Below are positions 37,976-46,048 of a stretch of 64,000 nt of DNA, in pieces. This stretch comes from Oscillospiraceae bacterium (lineage in GTDB: Bacteria; Bacillota; Clostridia; Oscillospirales; SIG627): NCBI GenBank assembly GCA_034925865.1, contig JAYFRN010000005.1, positions 5,964 through 69,963 on the forward strand, written 5' to 3'. The stretch's first letter is position 1, and each line of letters begins with the position of its first letter. Below the pieces are notes generated by a model. It had not been told where the DNA came from, made no database searches, and worked only from the letters and a program-made list of their open reading frames with translations. The position numbers were made by a program, and so were the translations under genes.

Positions 37976-38664
37976 TGACAGAATTACTTGAAAACTTATC
38001 AAACCTTATTAACACAAGCGGCTGGCTGGCGCCGATTCTCGCCCTTTTTGCTGGTATTCTTACTTCATTTACTCCCTGTTCGCTGTCAAGTATTCCCCTT
38101 GTTATCGGCTATGTGGGTGGTATCGGTCAGAGGAACACGAAAAAAGCTTTTTGGCTTTCTGTGACCTTCGCCGCGGGTGCTGCGGTTACTTTCACCGTAC
38201 TTGGAGTTTTTGCTTCCCTCGCCGGGAAGATGATCGGATACGGGGCTTCATGGTGGTACATCATTCTGGGGGTTCTTATGATTTTGATGGCGCTGCAAAC
38301 CTGGGGCATATTTGAGATTATCCCGTCAAGTTATCTCATATCGAAGAACACAAAAAAGGGTTTTATAGGCGCGTTCATCGCTGGTATACTTGGCGGCATC
38401 TTTTCGTCGCCCTGCTCCACGCCTGTACTTATTGCGCTACTTGCCATTGTTGCCGGAAAAGGCAATATTATTTGGGGTATACTATTATTACTACTTTATT
38501 CTATCGGACACGGAATACTCGCCATTGTCGCCGGAACATCGATAGGCTTTATGCAAAAGCTGTCTTCCAGCGAAAAATATGGTAAGGCAAGTATCATGTT
38601 AAAAATAGTGATGGGTTCATTGATTTTACTCATTGGTTTTTATCTATTCTATCTTGGAATCTAA
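37972..38664 (+). CDS. ccdA: Cytochrome c biogenesis/thiol-disulfide transporter CcdA (DsbD-family)
   Basis: 230 aa, six TM. The two conserved Cys motifs FTPCSLSSIPL and SSPCSTPVL are present. ATGA overlap with the upstream gene. Confidence 0.8.
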   Translation: MMTELLENLSNLINTSGWLAPILALFAGILTSFTPCSLSSIPLVIGYVGGIGQRNTKKAFWLSVTFAAGAAVTFTVLGVFASLAGKMIGYGASWWYIILGVLMILMALQTWGIFEIIPSSYLISKNTKKGFIGAFIAGILGGIFSSPCSTPVLIALLAIVAGKGNIIWGILLLLLYSIGHGILAIVAGTSIGFMQKLSSSEKYGKASIMLKIVMGSLILLIGFYLFYLGI

Positions 38665-38688
38665 TAATTTATAAAGGAGATATTGATT

Positions 38689-39039
38689 ATGGCACTGTTC
38701 GGAAAGAAAGACAAAGAGGAAAAAACAACTTCATGCTGCTGCGGCGGTAATTGTAATGCGGAAAGCATGGCAAAAGCTGAAAACGCAAAAACAGAGGGTG
38801 CGGGCGTTAAGGTCTTAGGCAGCGGCTGCGCGAAATGTAATCAACTTGAAGCAGCTACAAAAGCCGCTTTAGAACAGCTTGGCATGGACACGACGATCGA
38901 CCATGTGACTGATTTTTCACAGATCGCGGCATATGGCGTTATGTCTACCCCTGCACTCGTTGTAGATGGTAAAGTGGTTTCCTACGGCAAGGTTCTTAAA
39001 ACAGAAGAGGTTGTAAAAATTCTACAAAAGGTCAGATAA
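38689..39039 (+). CDS. Thioredoxin-fold protein (redox-active disulfide protein 2-like) with a Cys-rich N-terminal extension
   Basis: The core VKVLGSGCAKCNQLEAATKAALEQLG...VMSTPALVVDGKVV is typical of the small CxxC glutaredoxin-like family. The N-terminus reads SCCCGGNCN. AAAGGAG lies 9 nt before ATG 38689. Confidence 0.7.
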   Translation: MALFGKKDKEEKTTSCCCGGNCNAESMAKAENAKTEGAGVKVLGSGCAKCNQLEAATKAALEQLGMDTTIDHVTDFSQIAAYGVMSTPALVVDGKVVSYGKVLKTEEVVKILQKVR

Positions 39040-39047
39040 TTGGTCAC

Positions 39048-39091
39048 CCCGGAAAGAACATCAGATCCTTTCCGGGTATTCCATTTTTATC
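39048..39091 (+). terminator. Intrinsic terminator of the ArsR-controlled operon
   Basis: Perfect 9-bp stem CCCGGAAAG / CTTTCCGGG with an 11-nt loop and a T-rich tail. Confidence 0.55.
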
Positions 39092-39142
39092 GGTCTTGCG
39101 CTGGCAATTCTGAGTACCGAAACAATTACAAATTTTCTCGGA

Positions 39143-39418
39143 ATGCGCTCAGAAATTTGGGGCGTGCTCGGAGCTACGATTATTGAGTCTGTTACGCTGA
39201 TACCGGGATTAATCGCGTTCCCGTTGGTTGTCGCGCTACTTAAGAACGGTGCGGGATACATGCAGATCGCAGCGTTCGTCTCCACGCTCATGACGGTTGG
39301 CGTTGTAACACTGCCGCTTGAGATAAAGACCTTTGGAAAACGTGCCACGATAGTTAGAAATATTGCAGCTTTTGTGTTTTCTTTGATTGCCGCGGTTGTG
39401 ATTGGAGTGGTGCTGTAA
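39143..39418 (+). pseudogene. C-terminal fragment of a second DUF318-type permease
   Basis: The 91-aa ORF aligns by eye with the C-terminal third of the permease at 35650-36663 (ALLKNGAGYMQIAAF vs ALLSKGAQLGTILSF). No N-terminal part is present and the upstream frame runs into the terminator. Confidence 0.45.
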
Positions 39419-39554
39419 TGATAGTGTTTATTAAGCGGTACAAAGCATTTCTACTGATTCTCATTAATATAGCGGTAGGCACTGCTTTGCCGGATATTGC
39501 ACTGAAATCTCTAAGTCTTACGAAACAGAACTTCATCGAAAATACAATCAGGCA

Positions 39555-40098
39555 ATGAAAGCCGCCGAGGAATCGGCGGTAAACAAGGTAAACAAAGAAT
39601 ACGCCGATAAAAAAGTAAGCCCGGAATTTTCGCAGGCAGTCGAAACGGTTCGATATAAAAATGTAATGGCGGACGCTTTCAATGTGTTCACATCGTCGGC
39701 GGTCATTTTGCTCGACCACTATATCAGCACTGTGTTTACAAATGGCTTCAAAGCACAAGTTGTCGGCGTCAGCAAAGAAGCTGCGCACCGCTATAAGCTT
39801 ACACTCGATTGCCTGTTGTAGCGTAGAATTTACGAGTTTGGGAAATATAGTCCCCTTAACATTGACATTGAACAGCTCAAAAAGCTCAAGGTTGCTTGTG
39901 TTATTTCAACGGCGGCAAATGATGACCCGCGTCAGAAATATTACACACTTCACTTTTGTGGAGCGCGCTTCATTTTAGACATGAGATGTAGATGCCTATA
40001 CCAGTGATGATATAATCGCAAATATACATGAGTTTGAAAAACATTGTGGCACAACGGTTGAACGAATCAATCAAGCCTGGTTGGCCACCATTGCATAA
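39555..40098 (+). pseudogene. Fragments of a type I restriction R-subunit (HsdR)/SF2-helicase-like gene in several frames
   Basis: GFKAQVVGVSKEAAHRYKLTLDCLL and, in another frame, LKVACVISTAANDDPRQKYY resemble internal HsdR segments. There are stops and frame changes and no intact ORF. Confidence 0.4.
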
Positions 40099-40237
40099 TT
40101 GCATTTTTATCAAAGTGGATGGTTAGACTTTGCTGCAAAAAAATGTTTATAAACTCACAAGATGATTAAAATCAACGACTAAGCTGTGAATCATTTACGT
40201 TAACTTCTAAATTAATTCATGCTATAAATTATGGGTT

Positions 40238-40286
40238 GCAGCAAAAAAATTACAAGAACCCCCGGCGCGATTGCGCCGGGGGTTCT
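40238..40286 (-). terminator. Intrinsic terminator of the hydrogenase operon
   Basis: Minus strand: GAACCCCCGGCGCAATCGCGCCGGGGGTTC hairpin followed by TTGTAATTTTTTTG. Confidence 0.8.
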
Positions 40287-40310
40287 CTATGTGAATTGAA
40301 TTAACTCACA

Positions 40311-42059
40311 TTATTTATTGTTATATTTGCTTCTCTTTACATAAGAGGTATGGAGAATTTCATGCGACTTGTGGCTTCCTGGAGCGCCGAGATATGTGTC
40401 GTATATTTCCTTGATCACCGGATTTTCATGGCTCTTGCGGAGCGTCATCGCTTCATCCTCGCTGTAGAGCGCTTTCGCGCGGAGCGAACGTATATCGGTG
40501 AAGTTGCGGACGTAACCTGGCTGATAAGGCTGACCGCCGCCGTTTACGCATCCGCCCGGGCATGCCATGACCTCGATGAAGTCATACTGCGATTCGCCGG
40601 ATTTTACTCTGTCAAGAAGCTTTGAAGCGTTTTCAAGGCCCGAGGTTACGGCAACGCGAACTTTCTGTCCGTTGAGGTCGTATTGGGCTTCCTTTACGCC
40701 TGCTATGCCGCGTACTTCGGTGAATTCGGGCTTGTCAAGCGTTTTGCCTGTGACGATCTCGTATACCGTACGTAAAGCCGCTTCCATAACACCGCCTGTC
40801 GCGCCAAAGATGTGTCCGGCGCCTGATGCGATGCCGAAGACGGGATCGCAGGTTTCGTCAGGAAGCTCCGTAAACATAATGCCGGCTTTTTTGATCATTT
40901 CGGCAAGCTCGCGGGTAGTGAGAGAAACGTCGATATCCGGATATCCGGAGGCGTTCTCATCTTCGCGTTGGATCTCATATTTCTTTGCCGTGCAGGGCAT
41001 GATGCTGACGGTAAATATATCTTTGGGATCGATACCGGCTTTTTCGGCATAGTATGTCTTTGTCATCGCGCCGAACATCTGTTGCGGGCTCTTGCAGGAT
41101 GAAAGGTTGTCGATGAATTCGGGATAATAATGCTCGCAGAACTTGATCCAACCGGGAGAGCAGGAGGTGATAAGCGGAAGCTTTCCTCCGTTCTTAATAC
41201 GGTTGAGAAGCTCCGTGCCTTCCTCAAGAATCGTAAGATCGGCGGCAGTATCAACGTCGAACACTTTGTCAAAGCCGAGTCTGCGGAGAGCGGCGATCAT
41301 TTTTCCTTCGACGTTGGTGCCTATCGGCATGCCGAAGCATTCGCCGAGCTGTGCTCTGACAGAGGGAGCGGGCGCGACGATGACATGCTTTGTCGGATCG
41401 TTAAGCGCGGCCCAAACCTTTCCGGTGTCGTCTCTTTCGGTGAGAGCGCCGGTTGGGCATACGGCGATGCACTGGCCGCAGTTTACGCAGGAGGTTTCGG
41501 CAAGCGGCATATCGAATGGGCTGGCGATGTGGGTGTCATAGCCTCTTTCGACCGCGCCTATCACGCCGACATGCTGGTTCTGACGGCAGACCGCAACACA
41601 GCGGCGGCAAAGTATGCATTTGGAATTATCTCTGACGAGATGAATCGCGCTGTCTTCGATGTCTGGCTTTTTTGTGTCGGCATGGAATTTGTTCATGTCG
41701 ACGCTGTAGTCACGGCAGAGAGCCTGAAGCTCGCAGTTGGTGTTTCTTGCGCAGGAAAGACAGTCGGTTCTGTGGTTTGAGAGCATAAGCTCAAGAGTTG
41801 TTTTGCGCGCAGTTACTATTTTGGGAGTGTTGGTGAAAACCTCCATCCCTTGGGTAACCGGATATACACAGGCGGCGGCAAAGCTGCGGGCGCCCTTGAC
41901 TTCGACAACGCACATTCTGCATGCGCCGATGGCGTTGATATCTTTAAGATAGCAGAGAGTCGGAATCTTGACGCCTGCAATGCGTGCGGCTTCAAGAATC
42001 GTGGAACCGGCGGGCGCCTCTACCTCGGTGCCGTTAATTTTTAAAGTAACGGTATTCAT
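40311..42059 (-). CDS. hydA: [FeFe]-hydrogenase catalytic subunit (HydA/HndD-type, multimeric NAD(P)-linked class)
   Basis: 582 aa. Has an N-terminal 2Fe-2S domain, 4Fe-4S domains, and H-cluster motifs TSCSPGW, MPCTAKKYE and EVMACPGGCVNGGGQP. Confidence 0.9.
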   Translation of the reverse strand: MNTVTLKINGTEVEAPAGSTILEAARIAGVKIPTLCYLKDINAIGACRMCVVEVKGARSFAAACVYPVTQGMEVFTNTPKIVTARKTTLELMLSNHRTDCLSCARNTNCELQALCRDYSVDMNKFHADTKKPDIEDSAIHLVRDNSKCILCRRCVAVCRQNQHVGVIGAVERGYDTHIASPFDMPLAETSCVNCGQCIAVCPTGALTERDDTGKVWAALNDPTKHVIVAPAPSVRAQLGECFGMPIGTNVEGKMIAALRRLGFDKVFDVDTAADLTILEEGTELLNRIKNGGKLPLITSCSPGWIKFCEHYYPEFIDNLSSCKSPQQMFGAMTKTYYAEKAGIDPKDIFTVSIMPCTAKKYEIQREDENASGYPDIDVSLTTRELAEMIKKAGIMFTELPDETCDPVFGIASGAGHIFGATGGVMEAALRTVYEIVTGKTLDKPEFTEVRGIAGVKEAQYDLNGQKVRVAVTSGLENASKLLDRVKSGESQYDFIEVMACPGGCVNGGGQPYQPGYVRNFTDIRSLRAKALYSEDEAMTLRKSHENPVIKEIYDTYLGAPGSHKSHEILHTSYVKRSKYNNK

Positions 42060-42087
42060 ATAATTAGCATCCTTTCTGATAATCGGC

Positions 42088-43881
42088 TCACGCCTTGGAG
42101 ATTGCGCCGAACTTGCATTTTTCCATGCAGGCTCCGCATTTTATACACTTGGATTGATCTATGACATGCGGATTTTTAACGGTACCGGAAATGGCACCGA
42201 CCGGGCATATCTTAGCGCAGAGCGTACAGCCCTTGCATTTTTCAGGATCTATTGTAATCCGTGCAAGAGCCTTGCATTGTCCGGCGGGGCAGCGTTTTTC
42301 ATATACATGCGCTTCGTATTCATCTCTGAAATAACGGAGCGTGCTGAGAACGGGGTTGGGAGCGGTCTGACCGAGACCGCAGAGAGCGCTGGCCTTGATG
42401 CTGTAAGCGAGCTCTTCAAGCTTTTCAATATCTCCGTCCTCGCCGTTACCGGAGGTGATCTTTTCAAGGATTTCGAGCATCTTGCGTGTTCCGATACGGC
42501 ACGGAGTGCATTTACCGCAGGATTCATCGACGGTAAATTCCAGGAAGAATTTTGCGATATCGACCATACAGTTATCTTCATCCATTACGATAAGTCCGCC
42601 GGAGCCCATCATGGAGCCTATTGATATCAGTGAATCGTAATCGATCGGAGTGTCAAGGTGAGATGCGGGAATGCATCCTCCGGAGGGACCGCCGGTTTGC
42701 GCGGCTTTAAATTTCTTTCCGTTGGGTATGCCTCCGCCGATATCGTATATAATCTCACGCAGCGTCGTACCCATCGGTATTTCGACAAGACCGGTATTGG
42801 TTATCTTGCCGCCGAGCGCGAAGACCTTTGTGCCCTTTGATTTTTCAGTACCGATGGAATTGAACCACTTGGCGCCTTTAAGAATTATTTGCGGAATATT
42901 CGCGAGCGTTTCGACATTGTTTATTATCGTTGGCTGACCGAAAAGACCTTTTACAGCCGGGAACGGAGGACGGGGGCGGGGCTCTCCGCGCTTGCCTTCA
43001 ATGGAAGTGAGAAGCGCCGTCTCCTCGCCGCAGACGAAAGCGCCCGCGCCGAAGCGAAGCTGTATATCAAAATTAAAGCCCGTGGAGAATATGTCTTTTC
43101 CGAGCAGGCCGTATTCTCTTGCCTGAGCGATGGCTATTTCAAGACGCTTGATTGCGATAGGATATTCCGCGCGGACATAAATATATCCTTCGTCGGCACC
43201 TATAGCGTATCCGGCTATTGCCATCGCTTCAATGACGGCGTGCGGGTCTCCTTCGAGTATTGATCTGTCCATGAATGCGCCCGGGTCGCCTTCATCGGCG
43301 TTGCATACGACATATTTTTTATCGGAAACGCTCTTGGCGGCAAAGTCCCATTTTGTTCCTGTTGGGAATCCTGCGCCGCCTCTGCCGCGCAGCCCGCTGT
43401 CCTTCATGAGCTGAATGACATCAACAGGCTTCATTTCGGTGAGAACCTTTCCGAGAGCCATATATCCGTCAAGCGCTATGTATTCGTCGATGACTTCGGG
43501 GTTGATAACACCGCAGTTGCGGAGCGCGAGACGCATTTGCTTTTTATAAAATGCGGTGTCGGAAAGACTGGTGACCCCGTGGGTATCCTTGTCGGCCGCC
43601 TCATCATAAACAAGGCGCGTAACGGGTCTGCCCTTGAGCAGATGCTCTTCGACGATTTCGGGGACGTCTCCTACCGTGACCTTGCTATAAAATGTGCCGT
43701 CCGGATAGACGATCATGACAGGTCCGAGCGCGCAAAGGCCGAAGCATCCGGTTCTGACGACTTTTATTTCATCAGCAAGCCCCTTTGCGGCGAGTTCTTT
43801 TTCCATTGCTTCCGCTATTGCGGGGCTGTTTGAGGAGGTACAGCCGGTACCGCCGCAAACCAATACATGTGCACGAATCAT
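42088..43881 (-). CDS. hydB: NuoF-like flavoprotein subunit of the hydrogenase (HydB/HndC)
   Basis: 597 aa. Has an N-terminal thioredoxin-like 2Fe-2S domain, the FMN/NADH site GRGGAGFPTG, a SLBB domain and C-terminal 2x[4Fe-4S]. Confidence 0.9.
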   Translation of the reverse strand: MIRAHVLVCGGTGCTSSNSPAIAEAMEKELAAKGLADEIKVVRTGCFGLCALGPVMIVYPDGTFYSKVTVGDVPEIVEEHLLKGRPVTRLVYDEAADKDTHGVTSLSDTAFYKKQMRLALRNCGVINPEVIDEYIALDGYMALGKVLTEMKPVDVIQLMKDSGLRGRGGAGFPTGTKWDFAAKSVSDKKYVVCNADEGDPGAFMDRSILEGDPHAVIEAMAIAGYAIGADEGYIYVRAEYPIAIKRLEIAIAQAREYGLLGKDIFSTGFNFDIQLRFGAGAFVCGEETALLTSIEGKRGEPRPRPPFPAVKGLFGQPTIINNVETLANIPQIILKGAKWFNSIGTEKSKGTKVFALGGKITNTGLVEIPMGTTLREIIYDIGGGIPNGKKFKAAQTGGPSGGCIPASHLDTPIDYDSLISIGSMMGSGGLIVMDEDNCMVDIAKFFLEFTVDESCGKCTPCRIGTRKMLEILEKITSGNGEDGDIEKLEELAYSIKASALCGLGQTAPNPVLSTLRYFRDEYEAHVYEKRCPAGQCKALARITIDPEKCKGCTLCAKICPVGAISGTVKNPHVIDQSKCIKCGACMEKCKFGAISKA

Positions 43882-43933
43882 AAATTATACTCCTTTATGC
43901 CTTTGTATTTATGCTTTTGCATTTCCCATGAAT

Positions 43934-44305
43934 TCATGCTTTTACATTTCCGATCGTGTATTCCTCGACCGGCTTGCCGCCCTTGAGGTGTTCGGCGACG
44001 ACGCGCTTCGCCTTGACCGGCGTCATTTTTACGTATGTGATCTTTTCCTTGCCGCCCTGGAAGACTTCGACGACCGGCTCGAACTGGCAGATGCCGATAC
44101 AGCCTGTCTGAGTGACGGTGACTGCGCCGGAAAGACCTTCTTTGGCGACTTCCTCTACGAGTGTGTTGAGAACGGGGCGCGCACCGGCGGAAATGCCGCA
44201 GGTTGCCATGCCGACGACGACACGAATGTCGTTAACTCCCTCGCGAAGAGAAACTTTATCCTTCATTTTCTCTCTGATTGCCGCAAGCTCTTGCAGTGAT
44301 TTCAT
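43934..44305 (-). CDS. Thioredoxin-like [2Fe-2S] ferredoxin (HndB-like)
   Basis: 123 aa with MATCGISAGA and TGCIGICQFEP Cys motifs. Confidence 0.75.
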   Translation of the reverse strand: MKSLQELAAIREKMKDKVSLREGVNDIRVVVGMATCGISAGARPVLNTLVEEVAKEGLSGAVTVTQTGCIGICQFEPVVEVFQGGKEKITYVKMTPVKAKRVVAEHLKGGKPVEEYTIGNVKA

Positions 44306-44375
44306 GATTTATTCCTTTCTGTTTGGTCATAATGAATAATATATGTAAATAATATATTGTTTCTGATGTTGTGAA

Positions 44376-44912
44376 TCAGCCGGGATTGCCTTCATACTGA
44401 TCGCTGAGATATTCCTTTAAAAAGGTTATTACCTCCGCGTTTGACAGCGGGACATCGCCCAAAACCTTTCTGATATCTTTCGTTGAAAAAAATATCACTC
44501 TATCGGTCATATTATGTCTGAATATGAAATCTATATCCGGGCTTCCATTAATCAAGGTGATAATTGTTGAAGTGATATCGCCCAATGGAGTATAATCAAT
44601 ATTATGCTTTATGAATTCTGCTCTTACGGTTGTACCTTTACCCGGTTGAGAGGTGATTTTTACGCTTCCGCCGGTTTGCTCGGCGGCAAGAACCAAAAAT
44701 GGTATGCCCATGCCGACTTTTCGCGTCGTGCGGGAGGTTACAAACGGACTTGTGACCTTTTTGACAGTATCCTCGCTCATGCCGCAACCGTCATCTGTTA
44801 TTGTAAAAACAAGCTTGTCATCGTCCTCGTCAAGCGTTATTTCAATGTTTTTTGAGTTTGCTTTAACCGAGTTCATTGCGATATCGAGTATGTTCAGAGA
44901 TAACTCTTTCAT
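44376..44912 (-). CDS. GHKL/HATPase_c ATP-binding protein
   Basis: 178 aa. Has N-box NILDIAMNS, G1 DDGCGM and G2 GMGIP. Confidence 0.7.
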   Translation of the reverse strand: MKELSLNILDIAMNSVKANSKNIEITLDEDDDKLVFTITDDGCGMSEDTVKKVTSPFVTSRTTRKVGMGIPFLVLAAEQTGGSVKITSQPGKGTTVRAEFIKHNIDYTPLGDITSTIITLINGSPDIDFIFRHNMTDRVIFFSTKDIRKVLGDVPLSNAEVITFLKEYLSDQYEGNPG

Positions 44913-44931
44913 TTCGGAGTGCCTCCAGATA

Positions 44932-45675
44932 TTATTGTTGACTTAATGATCGGAGATATTCGATAATGCCGCTGCGGATAGTGTCGGAATTTTCGCCTGC
45001 AGGGACAGAAATCTCGAACGCATTCCGCGCTTCTTTCATTGTTTCAAGAGAATGAGCATCGCTGTCGGAAATAAAGCGGCATCCGGAAAGAAGCGGGTGC
45101 TTTTTAATATATCCGTTAATTTTAGATATGTCGCTGATTTCGCACAGACCGAACCTTGGATACGGTGGCATATCGCCGAGTATCGCAATGATTCCGCCGG
45201 AGTCGCGGTCAATATGAGCTGGAAAGCATATGCCTCCGATTGAACGGACGGTGTCGGCGGCATTTTCAAGTGAAAGCGAGGCGGCGTTTATAAGTAAAAG
45301 TTCCTCTTCGCCGGCAGGTATATCTCCGGGAGCATATATGATTTGTCTGCCGAAAATATCCGGACGGTTTTTTATTCCCGGCAGAACTCTTTTCACGATT
45401 CTTCCGAATTCGTCGGCCTGTTCGAGAGATGAAAACAGACAAACAAGATGAATTTCCTCCGATGTCGTAAGCTCCATGCCCGGGATTGGCACTATTCCGT
45501 ATATTTCGCACGCTTCAAAAAAGGCGTTGCAATTCGCGACGGAATTATGATCGGTGAGCGCGATAATATCAAGCCCGAGAATTTTTGCCATTCCGGCGAT
45601 ATTCATCGGGGTCATTTCATCGTCGCCGCACGGAGACAGACACGAATGAAGGTGCAGATCGTAAAAAAGACGCAT
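44932..45675 (-). CDS. PHP-domain (polymerase/histidinol-phosphatase-like) protein
   Basis: 247 aa with YDLHLHSCLSPCGD and ALTDHNS motifs. Confidence 0.75.
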   Translation of the reverse strand: MRLFYDLHLHSCLSPCGDDEMTPMNIAGMAKILGLDIIALTDHNSVANCNAFFEACEIYGIVPIPGMELTTSEEIHLVCLFSSLEQADEFGRIVKRVLPGIKNRPDIFGRQIIYAPGDIPAGEEELLLINAASLSLENAADTVRSIGGICFPAHIDRDSGGIIAILGDMPPYPRFGLCEISDISKINGYIKKHPLLSGCRFISDSDAHSLETMKEARNAFEISVPAGENSDTIRSGIIEYLRSLSQQ

Positions 45676-45682
45676 TACGGTG

Positions 45683-46048
45683 TTAAATCAATCTGGATAT
45701 CGAGGCGCAGGTTTCGTATGCGCCCGTTTTACAGCGCAGAAGAGTTACATCGCGTACCTTTGCGGCCGAAACTACGTTATCATCAATTTCAGAACCGTCG
45801 CATACGATTATACAGCTCGTTCCGACAAGCAAAGCAACCGCTATTATATTGATGTTAGTCATGATTGTGACCCAGGCGTTGCCGTGTTCCGCGTTGCCCA
45901 TTACATAGCTGAGCAGATCACCGGTATATGCGCCGTCAACCTCGGCCGCAGCTCCGCGGTCGGACATAGCGAGAATCTCAGCGCCAAGGCCTTTCGCAAG
46001 CTCTTTTGCAGTCATAGCTTTGATCCCTTCAATTGTTTTTAATATCAT
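45683..46048 (-). CDS. DRTGG-domain protein
   Basis: 121 aa. Small alpha/beta protein with a GDLLSYVMGNA...WVTIMTNINIIAV pattern similar to the ORF at 48063-48404. Overlaps the upstream gene by 20 nt. Confidence 0.55.
   Translation of the reverse strand: MILKTIEGIKAMTAKELAKGLGAEILAMSDRGAAAEVDGAYTGDLLSYVMGNAEHGNAWVTIMTNINIIAVALLVGTSCIIVCDGSEIDDNVVSAAKVRDVTLLRCKTGAYETCASISRLI

Noticed and set aside
41130-41780. Long plus-strand ORFs inside the hydrogenase genes: 216 aa at 41130-41780, 194 aa at 43715-44299, 161 aa at 40567-41052, 156 aa at 42154-42624.
   Set aside because: They lie antisense to strongly supported hydA/hydB/ferredoxin genes, have no SD, and have low-complexity Ala/Gly/Arg-rich translations typical of shadow frames in GC-richer coding DNA.
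40311-42059. The HydA L1 motif reads TSCSPGW rather than the textbook TSCCPxW.
   Set aside because: The observation itself is real. I believe, but cannot verify without an alignment, that the Ser variant is common among multimeric HndD/HydA-type enzymes. I therefore do not flag it as unusual. An alignment to the A3-group HydA would settle it.
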